Shown here: one piece after another, positions 42,540-56,215 of the stretch
Layout: each line of letters opens with the position of its first letter
Position numbering within the stretch: the stretch's first letter is position 1
Source of the DNA: Octopus sinensis
Lineage: Eukaryota
Direction of reading: 5' to 3'
Length of the DNA stretch: 64,000 nucleotides
NCBI RefSeq assembly: GCF_006345805.1
Contig: NC_043021.1
Span: forward strand, 8,866,001-8,930,000
The notes under the pieces: generated by a model
The model's database searches: none
What the model was told of the DNA's origin: nothing
What the model saw: the letters and a program-made list of their open reading frames with translations, nothing else
Position numbers and translations under genes: made by a program

Positions 42540-42694
42540 GTGTGTGTGTGTGTGTGAGTTTACAGGTATTGAGCAGGTTCATTTGAGGTGTGTATAACTT
42601 TACTGCTTATGATGTAAATAGCTGAACTACACGTATTACTTAATTCTTAATTCCCCATTAAACAATCAACAAAGAGTATCATAATTAATCATAG

Positions 42695-42925
42695 AGGCGG
42701 TCAGCTGGCAGAGTCGTTACCACGCCGAGCAAAAATGCTTAGCGGCATTTCGTCCGTCTTTACGTTCTGAGTTCAAACTCCGCCGAAGTCGATTTTAACT
42801 TTCATCCTTTCGAGGTCGATAAAATAAGTACCAGTTAAGAGCTGGGGGGTTCGATGTAATCGATTTACCCAACACACTCCATCCCTAGAAATTGCTGGCC
42901 TCGTGCCAAAATTTGAAATCAATAT
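42695..42925 (+). mobile_element. Gamma-tailed SINE-A
   Basis: Ends gaaattgctggcctcgtgccaaaatttgaaatcaat. Confidence 0.8.
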
Positions 42926-43048
42926 TGTATCTAGCCATATGGTGAAATATATTTCTTTAATTTCAATGTGCATTAATTTTCACTCTATGTATAGAATTCA
43001 AGGCGATATATCTGGGAATGTACGTGTTTGTTTGTACATGAATATGTT

Positions 43049-43096
<48 letters not shown>

Positions 43097-43110
43097 ATAT
43101 ATATATATCA

Positions 43111-43154
<44 letters not shown>

Positions 43155-45379
43155 GTATATATATATGTATATATATAAAATTAGAAGTGAAAATATTATC
43201 ATTATTATTATTATTATTATTATTGTTGTTGTTGTTGTTGTTATTAACACAAACAGCGGTTTCCTATTGAGCAAAATAATATATTCCAGAGGTCAATATC
43301 CAGTGTGTTATCCTTTTCTCTCTGTGATGTCATTTATATGCTAATGTTATCACACGCATTTTGCGTGCTTGCGTGTGATTGGGCCTATTGAAGATGGCGA
43401 CTACTAGCTGGATGAAAGAGTCGGCTATGCAATTGACTTAGAACTTGCGAACGTCAAAAGGAACATATGTGACTACGGCTGTATTTATATAAACATTGTA
43501 CAAGCACGACAATGGTGCTTTACATTAACAACGAGCTTTCACTCCATAACCCATATGTGACAGAAGCTCGGCTGCGATGCTTTGTTGTCGGAGCGAAATG
43601 GAAAGATTTTCTAGACTCTAATTATATAAATAAAAAAAAAATTGCTTTTATCTGAAGCGGATACCATGGCCATTCGAAAAAGTTTGGTAACAGTGAAATA
43701 ACAAGAAACAATGAAATTTAGAACCATCGTCTCCCTGATAATGTCTCTATGCAAGTCCATCCCAAAGGAAACTGATAATTGCTTAAAGGTTTATTGTGTT
43801 AACTGTTGTGTCTGGGGAGAGTCATTTTCTTTTTGGTGCCTTGTAATGTAACACAATCACCGGTAAAAATTTCCACTTATTTTTATTTTCCTAAAATTTT
43901 CGTTTCTGCCAGCTCGCTGCCTTTAGTTTAGTTTCTTAACTCTGGTACTTATTCTATCGGTCTGTTTTACCAGCCCACAAAGTCAAAGGGACACAAACAA
44001 ATCAACACCGGTAATGGTGGTGAGGGACAAACACAAACACAATCACACGCACACACTACAGGCTTCCGTGCAGTTTTTTTTCGACTAAACCCATTCACAA
44101 GGCATAAGTCAGCGCGGAACTATAACAGAATACATTTGCCCAAGTTCCACGCATTCGATCTGAACCTGAAACCACATGGTTGCACGGTGAGCTTGTTAAC
44201 CACGCAGTGATGCCTGCGTCAACGGCGTCAGTATCCCGGGTGAGTTAATATAAAAATGAAATTCTACAAATAAAAAAAAAAGTAAAGAAATTTAATAGCT
44301 CTGCAAGTATTTATGGAACTGGCATTGAGTAAAGTAAAATGGCCTCCGTGAAACTTCATATAATGTAAAATTGTGTTTAAAATGCAGCCAGATAACCACT
44401 ACAATATCTTACAGTCTCTGGATGGGTTTCAATGAAGCAATTGCTATCTAAAACGATTTGATGGATTATTCACCGAAATTTTGGGAAAATTTGATGTATT
44501 AATGGAAATTGATAAAAGAATGGATGCGGTGGCTGCTGTTGCTGGTGAATATAAGAAGAAAAAATACGATGGTGTATTTGGTATGGACGTGATGAATGTG
44601 GGTAGTTCAGCATTAATTCATGAAAGTGAAACTGCAGCGCATTTCAGAGATTAAGAGGTTTTAAGGTTAACATTTTTGTCAAAGGAAATATCAGGTCGTT
44701 ATTTTGAGGCAAGACCATTACCAATACACATTAAAACCATTAGTCATAGCAAAGCTGAGGAAACTAATTAATGATATAGTAGGAGACTGCTTTTCATCTT
44801 CTCAAGGTTTTTGAGTTCATTCAACCACCAACTTGAAGTATGCAATTAAAGAAAAGTTTCTTTGAAAAGAATGGTGTTACCAGGTCACTTCTCTGACGAT
44901 GTTCACCAATCTTAAGGAAAAAAAAAATTTTTTATCTCAGCTTTTATGCGTTGCGTTACAGGAGTTTAATAACTATCATACAAATTTTGCAAGACTCGCG
45001 AACAGAAGAAAGGTTTCGATTTATTTTTAAATTTTAGTTAATGCTGAATGGAAACTATGAAAACATGTAGAGTATGTAGTAATATGTTAATGTGTATAGC
45101 AATAATGCTTTGCATGAAAAGTCTTGTTCATTTCCTGTGTATTTACTGCGGAAAATTACCAGTATTTTTTTTTTCTGTTTGTGAGTTTATTTTATTCCTT
45201 GCATTTATATGTTGTAAGACACGCTCTTTGAAAATATGTTTAAAAATATGGAAGATGTACCAAACTTTTGAAAGGCATGTAAAACATAATAGTCATGCTT
45301 CTTCATTAATTTCACGGCGTGGGTGTTTCATTTCCCAAAGAATCTACTTACAGAATCACAGCCAGTGAATGAATGGATT

Positions 45380-46740
45380 CCGGTCAAGACCGGTACAACA
45401 CAAAAGCCATGCTGGCACCAAAGGAACTTGATACTATGAGTGCGATCACCATTATCTCGATCGTCGTCTTCAGTACAAGTCCTCTGTTGATAATGTGTAC
45501 AGCAATACCCTTACTTTCTGTAACTACAGCTGTCAGATATTAATTTGTGGTTATGGCCAAGTCATGGGGCGTTGCATGTCAATTTTCCACATCTGTGCAA
45601 TGAAAGCCAATCGAGCAAACAATTTCCAATCAGCCTCTGATATCAACATCCTTTTACTTTTTGACAACCTTTTGGATGGGTTAAAGAATACATCACCTAA
45701 AACTGCTTCAGTCTTTCTTTACCCCCAAAACAAGAAAAATGCAAATCTGCTGGCACCAACGTATTCAACTTCCAACATGTCCCGCTTCACCTTATCAAAG
45801 ACAACTACACCTGAAGACGGACGCAAGAGGTCTGTACTCGCAATACGAAGTGGACTGGCTATGCTGTGTTGCACTAACGCTGTCCTGCTAACGTCCTCAA
45901 TACTTTGTTTCAGACTCTTTCTTTGCCTTACATAATCCACCATTTTGCACGGATTTCTTTTGGCTGAGCCCGTACGCCAAATAAGTACAGTACCCTGATC
46001 CTGTGTGCTGCATATAACCCCTTCTTTGGTCTTAGTGTCACTCTGGCAAGTTCTTTTCATGTACATGCTCTATTCTACCTCTACAAGCTCGTGTCCTTCT
46101 TGACTCTGACTAGCAAATTTACCTTCAAACAAAACAGTATGTGCCGAAGTATCTGCAGTGCACGAACTACACATTTCGAAATAATATGGGAAGCACTCCG
46201 TCGGTTACGACGATGAGGGTTCCGGTTGATCAGAATCAACGGAACAGCCTGCTCGTGAAATTAACGTGTAAGTGGCTGAGCACTCCATAGACACGTGTAC
46301 CCTTAACGTAGTTTTCGGGGATATTCAGCGTGACACAGAGAGTGGCAAGGCTGGCCCTTTGAAATACAGGTACAACAGAAACAGGAGGTAAGAGTGAGAG
46401 AAAGTTGTGGTGAAAGAGTACAGCAGGGATCACCACCATCCCCTGCCGGAGCCTCGTGGAGCTTTAGGTGTTTTCGCTCAATAAACACTCACAACACCCG
46501 GTCTGGGAATCGAAACCGCGATCCTATGACCGCGAGTCCGCTGCCCTAACCACTGGGCCATTGCGCCTCCACTCGAAATAATATACTCAAAGGTACAATG
46601 CAGAGTTAGGCCTATCATACGCAAGCATCCCATGAAAGGATTCTTCGAATGGTTGACAGATGCCGCACGCAGTTACCTGTTCTTGATGCTCTGATGATGA
46701 GAAAAGCATTCGCAGCCATAACCACTTACGTTGATCAGAA
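45380..46740 (-). pseudogene. Decayed DNA-transposon coding relic (tentatively Academ-like), interrupted by SINE-C
   Basis: Minus strand ...SEADWKLFARLAFIAQMWKIDMQ resembles a motif I associate with these transposon proteins; many stops. Confidence 0.3.
46188..46572 (-). mobile_element. Full-length SINE-C with 12-bp TSD
   Basis: tcgaaataatat at 46176-46187 and 46573-46584; A-box tggcccagtgg, B-box ggtttcgattcc. Confidence 0.93.
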
Positions 46741-46749
46741 TATAAATAA

Positions 46750-46980
46750 GGCGGCGAGTTGGCAGAAACGTTAGCTCGCCGGGCGAAATACTAAGCGATA
46801 TTTCGTCTGCCGTTACGTTCTGAGTTCAAATTCCGCCGAGGTTGACTTTGCCTTTCATCCTTTCGTGGTCGATAAATTAAGTTCCAGTTATGCACTAGGG
46901 TCGATATAATCGACTTAATCCGTTTGTCTGTCCTAGTTTGTTCCCTCTATGTTTAGCCCCTTGTGGGCAATAAAGAAATA
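46750..46980 (+). mobile_element. Monomeric alpha-tailed SINE-A
   Basis: Tail tctatgtttagccccttgtgggcaataaagaaat (46946-46979) is the closest match to the LINE 3' end. Confidence 0.93.
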
Positions 46981-47083
46981 AGATTGTAACTGTTGAACTT
47001 TCTCGGCGCATTTTATGTACATAACCTTTGAAAGCTGAAACTAGAACTTTAAATTCTTCAACGCATGTGATATCCAGAATCTC

Positions 47084-47482
47084 GGGGCGGTGAGCTGGCA
47101 GAAACTTTAGCACGCTGGACGAAATACTTAGCAGTTTTTCGTCTGTCTTTATGTTCGAGTTCAAATTCCGCCGAGGTCGACTTTGCCTTTCATCCTTTCA
47201 TGGTCGATAAATTAAGTTCCAGTTATGCACTAGGGTCGATATAATCGACTTAATCCGTTTGTCTGTCTTTGTTCATCCCCTCTGTGTTTAGCCCCTTGTG
47301 GGTAGTAAAGAAATAGGTATTTCGTCTGTCGTTTATGTTCTGAGTTCAAATTCCGTCGAGGTCGACTTTGCCTGTTATCCTTTCGAGGTCAATAAACTAA
47401 GTACCAGTTGCGTACTGGGGTCGATCTTATCGACTGTACCCACTCCCCAAAATTTTCGGGCCTTGTACCTAGAGTAGAAAAG
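47084..47482 (+). mobile_element. Heterodimeric SINE-A (alpha unit then beta unit) with 15-bp TSD
   Basis: gatatccagaatctc at 47069-47083 and 47483-47497; internal junction aaagaaatag|gtatttcgtc at 47317. Confidence 0.9.
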
Positions 47483-47596
47483 GATATCCAGAATCTCTCG
47501 CCCACTAAACCCAATCTGCAATTTCTCTACAAGACCACATATAATTATATTTCCATTTCTCCTTTTTATTGTTTTAATAGTCATAAACCAAAACCA

Positions 47597-48060
47597 AGGC
47601 AGTGAGCTGGCAGAATCGTTAGCACGCCGGACAAAATGCTTAGCGACATTTTGCTTGTCTTTACGTTCTGAGTTCAAATTCCGCTGAGATCGATTTTACT
47701 TTTCATTCCTTTCAGGTCCGATATAATAAGTACTAATTGAACAACGCTGTCGGTATAACCACCTTACCCACTCCCCAGAACTTGCTGGCCTTGTCGCCAA
47801 AATTTTAAAACAATATTCATATATCAAATCATGGTGGTGTGCTGGCAGAATCGTTGACATGCCGGGCAAAATGCTTTGCGCTGTTTTTCCTCGTCCTTAC
47901 GCTCTGAGGTAAAATTTCGCCGAGGTCGACTTTACCTTTCATCCTTTAGGAGTCGATAAAATAAGTACCAGTTGAACAATACTGCCGATGTAATCGATTT
48001 ACCCCCTACTCTGAACTTGCTGTCCTTTTGCCAAAATTTGAAGCCAATATTCATATATCA
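47597..48060 (+). mobile_element. Two tandem gamma-tailed SINE-A copies
   Basis: Both end gaacttgctg...ccaaaattt...caatattcatat. Confidence 0.8.
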
Positions 48061-48230
48061 CATTTATTAAGTAACAGGAAACCGCTTTTTGTATTTCCTT
48101 TTTTCTTTTTGAAGTGATAGTAATTCAATGCTTTACTTTCGTTTGGAAGAGATGGTAACTGTAGAAGCACTCGGTTGCATACTTTTTTTTTTTCAGCTTT
48201 TACCAGACTGTTTCACTCGCATGTAATTAC

Positions 48231-48429
48231 CTATTATTATGTTCTGCTCGTATCTTATTTGCCTGTCAGAATATACATTCCTCTGGGAACATGTGACATT
48301 TCCTCTACTTTCAATGTCCGACCTTGACACCAGATCGCAGCCGACATTTTCTTGCTGGTTTATCCTACACCTTAGATTGTCAACTCGTTCGTCATCGAGT
48401 TGATTCATATCAGTTCTCTCATCAGGCAT
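48231..48429 (-). CDS. Possible first coding exon of an unidentified host gene
   Basis: Non-repetitive open frame MPDERTDMNQLDDERVDNL...EQNIII ending at AG|GTAATT; no homology recognised. Confidence 0.2.
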
Positions 48430-48584
48430 AATGACCAAAAAGGACAGTGTGTTATGTAGAAAAACTATGTTTCAATCAAGAAGAAAGTATTTCTGAATGA
48501 ATTCCATCGTACGAAAGATTCACATTGACAAAACTTAATTTTTAAAATCCACTATCGTATATTTAAACATATTTTACTCTATTA

Positions 48585-48955
48585 ATTGTTCCAGTCATTT
48601 GACTGCGGCCATGCTGGAGCACCGCCTTTAGTCGAAGAAATCGACCCCAAGACTTAAGCCTAGTACTTATTCCATCGGTCTCTTTTTTTGCCGAACCGCT
48701 AAGTTATGGGGTCGTAAACGCACCAGCATCGGTTGTCAAGCGATGCTGGGGGGGGGGACAAACACAGACACACAAACACACATATATATACGACGGGCTT
48801 CTTTCAGTTTCCGTCTACCAAATCCACTCACAAGGCTTTGGTTGGCCCGAGGCTATAGTAGAAGACACTTGCCCAAGGTGCCACGCGGTGGGACTGAACC
48901 CTGAACCATGTAGTTCGTAAGCAAGCTACTTACTACACAGTCACTCCTACGCCTA
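48585..48955 (-). mobile_element. SINE-B, near full length
   Basis: Colinear with 31255-31722. Confidence 0.9.
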
Positions 48956-49182
48956 TATGGTAAATCATTATTTTGTAACTCCATTTGTAACTTTTTGCCT
49001 TTCATCCTTTCGGGGTCGATAAATTAAGCACCAGTTGCTTACTGGGATCGATCTAATCGACTGGTCCCTCCCCAAAAATGTTGAGCCTTGTGCCTAGAGA
49101 AGAAACGATTATTACAATCTTTATTTATTCATTCACGCATTTCTCTTCAAATGTTTTTATGTACACGTATGGTATTATAGCA

Positions 49183-49484
49183 AACTAGCAGTATCGCCCG
49201 GCGTTGCTCGGGTTTGTAAGGGAAATAACTATATAAGCATTTATAGAGAGTTACTTCCCTTATATAAACCGAGCGAAAATGAATTAAAAATGCGGAAAAA
49301 TTATGGTAATTTTTTTTTTAATCGTAGACTCATCGTAGACGCGCGCTAATACCCAGAAGGGCTCGATATGAATTACGACTATAAGATACCCGCTTTTGGT
49401 TAAACTGCACCGCAAAATGTGGGAGTAGTTAGGAATCTAAATCGTAGGAGACAGACACACAACTTCACTTTTATATATAAAGAT
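49183..49484 (+). mobile_element. Second Helentron/HINE-type element
   Basis: Same 5' end as 30077; 3' end ttttatatataaagat; different interior. Confidence 0.65.
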
Positions 49485-49814
49485 ATTCTGCTCAATATCA
49501 CAGATTTGCTTGTCAGTTGCTTGACCTTAACCACTTAAGCATGTCCCTTAGTGGTTGACAATATGTGCATTTCAGATGATGAGCAGGAGTAGTAGGGGAA
49601 CATCATAGCCATGTGCTGAGAGGGTTTGAATAAATGTAAGAAAAGCAATGTTTGAAGGAAATATTAACCATTTTTCATATTTTCTAATGGTAAGCAAATA
49701 GGAAATAATAGTTGCTACCCAAAGACAAAAATCGTATTATATAGTGTAATATGACTTAAGTTAACCATCACACTTTCCCGAGTTTCCAATAGGGCAAAAT
49801 TATAAACCGTTTGT

Positions 49815-49920
49815 TTTCTAACCACGTGGTTCCAGGTTCAGTCCCACTGTGTAGGACCTTGGGCAAGGCTTTTCTACTATATCCTCAGGCAAACCAAAAC
49901 TGAAGGAATCCTGTCTTAAA

Positions 49921-49965
<45 letters not shown>

Positions 49966-50172
49966 CTTTGTGTCTATGTTTGTCCCCACCACCGCTTGAC
50001 AACCAAATGTTGGTGTGTTTACGTCCTCATAACTTAGTGGTTCGGCAACAGATACCGATAGAATAAGTATCAGGCTTTAAAAACTAAGTACTGGGGTTGA
50101 TTCATTCGTCTAAAACTTCTTCAAAGCGGTGCCCCACCATGGCCGCAGTCTAATGACTGAAACAAGTAAAAG
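49815..50172 (+). mobile_element. Older SINE-B copy
   Basis: ggttcagtcccactg...ccttgggcaag...(TG)n...atggccgcagtctaatgactgaaacaagtaaaaga. Confidence 0.8.
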
Positions 50173-50737
50173 ATACTTTACAATATCCGTATTCGCTTAG
50201 TCCCGTAACCTGAAGTCGTCGTAACGCGAGGGATGACTGTGTGTTCATTATCGCATGTTTATCAAAATAGCAAGTTTATAAAATTGCTGATGTCACAGAA
50301 GTATTGATAACAACTTCTTAGACAGACGAAGTTGCAGCACAATTCACTGTCGTCTGCTCTTCATTACATCGATACCTTGGGTCACGTACGCACTTTCTTT
50401 CATGATACGGCTCCGACAATTTCTTTCGGTCGGTTGCGGGGATTTTTCCCTCCGTAATTTATTGCCTAACTTGACAAATTTGTACAAAAAAGATCGAGTT
50501 TTGTTAACTTTATCGAATTTCATGGGACCTAGTCGATACGTGCGTAGTTGTGACAGGCCATTTCAGCCAATTGCAATGGCTGGTTTTAACGCCTCTTTGC
50601 ATTTCAAAATAGATCAGTCCTCTTCAAATTCATAAAAGATGTAGCTTTTAACAGCTTTTAATCGGAGTTAGATATTATCTACTTAACAGATCCAGTGTCG
50701 CACGAAATTTAAAATTCTCACAACTATATAACTCACA

Positions 50738-50768
<31 letters not shown>

Positions 50769-51529
50769 GCGCGCGCACACATGCACACATGCACACACAT
50801 CCATCATAACAAAACAAATAAAATCTGTTTTATGGACTCCGTGTCATACTGTCATTTTAATTATTCTCGTGAATAACGAATGTCTCATGCAGACAATTAT
50901 TCTCACGAGCTTTGTCTTCATTCGATATTTTTAGTTTTGCTCATATGGAATGTCTCAAGGATTTTTGTCTTTTTTTTTTTAATTCTTTTCTTTTAAGCTC
51001 ATAAACATTCTTTGTAAATATGAGCAGTGTTTTTTTTTATGTTTAAATATTCTTCCACTGAAATGTATCATGTCGCTTATTAACTTCTGTTTTCATTCAA
51101 TGTTGACTTTTATAATCTCTCATACGTCTTGATCTTTCGCGATCGACGTATTTAAAGAAATGAAAAAACAAATTGTGAATATCTTTCGTTGTCATTTTCA
51201 TATTTTTTTGTTATTTTAGGATGTTTTTTTTTTTTCCTGTTTACAACTTATTCTACGTCATCAATGCGCATTTTTATAACGGTTCAACCGACTCTTGACA
51301 CGTGTTGGCTGTGCAACAGTAAATGATTCGGTTAACGTGCAGTTTAGTATGGTAAAAAAAAAAAAAAAGGTGAAAGTAAATTGTTCTAAAAACAATGAAA
51401 GTAAATTGCGCTACAAACCTAAAGTGATGACACTGATATCCCATAATTTCGAGTAAACAACGTATGTGACATAACCAGTGTATAGAATGTATAGATATTA
51501 CAACAGGAAAACTCTTGCTGCCCGAACAT

Positions 51530-52160
51530 GTTAGTTAGTTAGTTAATTTGGCTCAAAAGCAAATAGCAAGGCCATGTAGGGGGACATGGAGTTAAGTACA
51601 GGGTGGTGTTCATGTAAAGAGTTCAGGCCACTTGAGGTCAAGGGAGGCTTTGAACAAAGCGGTCGTCGGCATCTTCACCATCTCGTCTGGCAGCTTGTTC
51701 CACGGATCCGCAACCCGGACGGAGAAAGCTCCTCTCCTTCGATTGAGATGAAATCGTCGCAGGTAGAGCTTTTCGGAATGACCCCGCAACCGACGCTCTG
51801 GAGCAGGAGTGAAGAACAGCTCTTTCGAGAGGTTACACTTTCCGCTTATGATGTTGTGGGCGAGAATGAGATCACCACGGCGGCGGCGTTTTTCAAGAGA
51901 ATAAAGGTCGAGCGTCCTCAGCCTTTCTTCGTAGGACAAATTTTTGAGACCATGAACCATGCGGGTAGCCAGCTTCTGGACTCTTTCGAGATGCTGTATG
52001 TCTTTGAGGAGATAAGGAGAAGAGGCTTGAATCCCATACTCCAATATGGGTCTCACCAGCGTGACATAGAGTGGTAGGAATATGGCTGCTGTGAGCATTC
52101 CGAATGACCGTCGAATCAAGAACAGAATTCCGCGTGCTTTGTTGGCAGCATGGACGCACT
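51530..52160 (-). mobile_element. 5'-truncated CR1-clade LINE (ORF2 C-terminus 52119-51610, 3' UTR, (AACT)n tail)
   Basis: LVRPILEYG...LERVQKLATRMV...SYEERLRTLDLYSLEKRRRRGDLI...LRGH...FSVRVADPWNKLP...FKASLD. Confidence 0.92.
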
Positions 52161-52384
52161 ATCACTTGCAAGTCACACCAGGGGCCCACTCCAAGTTGTA
52201 ACTATCGAGAATGAGAAACTTGCCCACTCATCGAGGCATGTATGATTAGCTTAGTGCTCCATAAAAATAAGTACATTGATATATGCGAACGTGACTTTAA
52301 AATGAAGATACGCTAATCAGCAGTCTTCTTTCCAACATGTGGATAAGAAGAAAGCCACGAAGTGAACTAGACATCTGAAAACTA

Positions 52385-52778
52385 GTGGAAGTGGTGGAAG
52401 CACTCCGTCGGTTACGACGATGAGGGTTCCGGTTGATCCGAATCTACGGAACAGCCTGCTCGTGAAATTAACGTGTAAGTGGCTGAGCACTCCACAGACA
52501 CGTGCACCCTTAACGTAGTTCTCGGGGATATTCAGCGTGACACAGAGAGTGACAAGGCCGGCCCCTTGAAATACAGGTACAACAGAAACAGGAAGTAAGA
52601 GTGAGAGAAAGTTGTGGTGAAAGAGTACAGCAGGGATCACCACCATCCCCTGCCGGAGCCTCGTGGAGCTTTGAGGTGTTTTCGCTCAATAAACACTCAC
52701 AACGCCCGGTCTGGGAATCGAAACCACGATCCTATGACCGCGAGTCCGCTGCCCTAACCACTGGGCCATTGCACCTCC
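52385..52778 (-). mobile_element. Full-length SINE-C with 14-bp TSD
   Basis: acatctgaaaacta at 52371-52384 and 52779-52792; highly similar to 46188-46572. Confidence 0.93.
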
Positions 52779-53614
52779 ACATCTGAAAACTAACTACATA
52801 CTACACACCATCAAGTGGAGCATCGTGGAACAAGGAGAGGCAGGCTTTGTTTATCCGAAAAATCTCATATTCTTAGTTCTAAGAATTCAACTGATCTGCT
52901 AAATTCCAGATGTGAGGTTTTTATTAAATGGCAGCTACTGGACAAGTATTTTTTTACTGACAGGGAAAACAAACACCCCTCGCACAAACTTTGATTGTCT
53001 CTTTGTTGAATTAACATACATCCACCTTATTAATTGCGATTCGAACAAACCAAAGGAACGTAACTCTTGATTTTCCTTTTTCCTTTTTCTTTTTCCCATT
53101 TTCTCATTCCACATTTTGTTTTTACTTTCCTCTCGTTCTTTCTCCTGTTTTCTCGAAGACCATCTCGCTTTTTTCTTTTATTTTTTTATCATAAAAGACC
53201 AGCCATCTTGTATAGTTGAACCTGAAATATTGCTTGGAAAAACACGGCACGCCATACAAGCCTGCCCGACAATTGTGTTTTGACACTATGAAACTAATAG
53301 TAGATCGAACTTAAATTTGACGTATATTAAATTAACGATATTTTTGTGTGTAATTGCTGCGTGGGTTGTTGTCAAATCGTATATGTGAGGAAGTGACAGA
53401 ATGTGCATGTGTGTAGGGATAACGATATTGATGAAACCCCTGGGATGGAAAGAGCAAATTGGTAAGTGTTATTCGTGTGTGTGCAAGTACATAAACGAAA
53501 CAAGCCCGGGAAGAAAAGTGGGTTTTTTTTCCCGAGCTTGAGACTGCAATATTGTCAACTTCACTTCCGTGAGAAACTGCGCACACTCCAACAGTCGCAG
53601 TTTCCATCAGTTAA

Positions 53615-53922
53615 CCCCTTACCCGGCAGAAACGAATATATGCGTTTTGACCGAAATCGTTTTTTTCTATCTCTGGTGAGTTAACTCGTCAAAAGATATA
53701 CTCGCCAAAATCGACAGCAAACGAGTTCCTTCGTCTAAAAACGGGTTAACTCGTTTCTGCCCAAAACGGTAATTTAAAATCAATATTATTGAAATAAAAT
53801 TCATAATAAATAAGGTTTGAAATATACCTCGAAATCACCATTCAAAACATAGTAAAATAAAACAATTAAAAAATATGTCTGAAAAAATACATTTGTTTTC
53901 AAAATAATTGTTGGGTAAGGGG
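53615..53922. mobile_element. piggyBac-type MITE
   Basis: TTAA-ccccttaccc ... gggtaagggg-TTAA. Confidence 0.8.
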
Positions 53923-54446
53923 TTAAAGAACCGGCTTATCCTAATGCTTCTACCTGAGACACGTCGTATTAAGGAACTTCAAGTCATTCCCCTCTCCCCT
54001 AGCCTCATAACCCGGATATAGAGCCCAAAGCCTAGTAGAATATTTATAATTCCTGCTGCTATTGAGATTACAGAATACCATTATTCATATTGGCCGTGCA
54101 GACTCATAGGTAACTGTCGTTGCTAAAGTACTATATACGTTCTAGAATGCCGACTAACTGGCACCAACATCTTGCCCGTCTACCATGTGGGGATTACGAC
54201 GAAAGAACTGATGGCGCTAGGATGGAAAAAAAAACCCCACGTGACCTGAACTGATCGATGGAGATCTAACTAAATATTCTCACCTAGAAGCCAGTTCAAA
54301 TTTTCTGTAAATTCTTTTCCCTCTGAATACGAACATGTGATATGGATGTGTTTTCCGTCCACGAAACTTTAAGTGGAGCCGAGACAAACGGTCATTCAGT
54401 ATCCATAACTCCATCTAAACATATTGGGTGCTGCTTTATTTCGTTT

Positions 54447-54516
<70 letters not shown>

Positions 54517-54586
54517 CAGATAGACAGACAGACAGACAGACAGTTAGATAGACAGACAGACACACAGATAGACAGGTAGATAGATG

Positions 54587-54671
<85 letters not shown>

Positions 54672-54742
54672 CTAGATAGACAGACAGACAGACTGACAGT
54701 TAGATAGACAGACAGACACACAGATAGACAGGTAGATAGATG

Positions 54743-54839
<97 letters not shown>

Positions 54840-54873
54840 CTAGATAGACAGATAGATAGATAGATAGATAGAT

Positions 54874-54942
<69 letters not shown>

Positions 54943-55927
54943 CAGACAGAGAGGGGAAGGGGAGAGAAAAGCAAGAAGAGAGATGGAGAGTGAGAAACGA
55001 GGATTACCCATCCGAAACCTGGTTTTGCTCGGTGTGTCTACCAAATATGTCAGCAGGTTTTCGTTTTATGCACGGTCAACCGACCGAACGAAACTGCATT
55101 GAGTTGTGGTAATTCTTGTTTAACTTACATAAATTATATATATTACACACACACACACACATAGAAGGAGAGAGAGGGGGAGGGAGAGTGAGAGAGAGAC
55201 ACACAGAGAGACACACAGAGACAGACGGAGATAGGTCCACCTTACATAATGCTTAGTCAATATGTTTCTCTCTCTTCTCGCTTTTCCTTTCTTCTCTCAC
55301 TCACCTCTGATCTTTCATTCACTCATACCTCTCTCACCTCTTTCTTTTCCCTCTAGTCAGTGTCTCTCACCTCTCGCCCCCTCTCTCTTTCTCCCTCTCT
55401 CTCTCTCTCTCTCCTTTCTCTCTCTCTCTCTCTCTCCGCTAAATGTTCCACTTTGATAACTCAATAGATAAATGTTTTTGGTATTTTTACGCCGGAACCA
55501 ATCCGGCTTTGGGTTATTTAGTTCAATGTTCTCTTATCAATCAAACACATTCTGTCACTCTCATCCCTCCCTCCCTCCCTCCCTCTCTCCCCCTCTCTGG
55601 CCCTTTCATTCGCTCACTCTCTCTCTTTCTTACATTTTCACACTCACCCTTTCCTACACATTCGTTATCATCCGCTCACTCTCTCTCTCTCTCTGGTGGT
55701 GGTGGTGGTGGTAGAGAAGGAGGAGGTGGGGAGGAGAGGAAGGAGAAGAGGGGAGGGGAGGGGGAGGAGTAGATGAGGTAGAGAAGGAGAAGGAGGAGAA
55801 GGAGGGGAGGGGAGGAGGAAGAGGAAGGGGGAGGAGGAAAAGAGGAGGAAGATAAGGAGAAGGAGGTGGAGGAGGAGGAGGAGGAGAGGAGAGGAGGAGG
55901 AGGAGAAAGAGGAGAAGGAGAAGGAGG

Positions 55928-56048
55928 AGACCGATAGAATAAGTACTAGGCTTACAAAGAATAAGTCCTGGGGTCGATTTGCTCGACTGAAGGTGTTGCT
56001 TCAGCATGGCCGCAGTCAAATGACTGAAACAAGTAAAAGAATAAAAGA
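55928..56048 (+). mobile_element. SINE-B 3' fragment following a purine-rich (GGA)n tract
   Basis: agaccgatagaataagtactagg...aaacaagtaaaagaataaaaga. Confidence 0.85.
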
Positions 56049-56184
56049 ATACATACACACATAGATGTTATGGCTGCCCCCTCGTTATCGAGTATGGCCA
56101 TTGCACGAAGCTTAACTGTTACTGGTGCTGTGATTGAATGTGACTTTTTAGCCCAGCTAAAGATCTACAATGTCTTGTACAGAA

Positions 56185-56215
<31 letters not shown>

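Noticed and set aside
46500-46572. tRNA genes at SINE heads
   Set aside because: A- and B-boxes are present, but the sequences continue into SINE bodies with TSDs and lack a complete acceptor stem.
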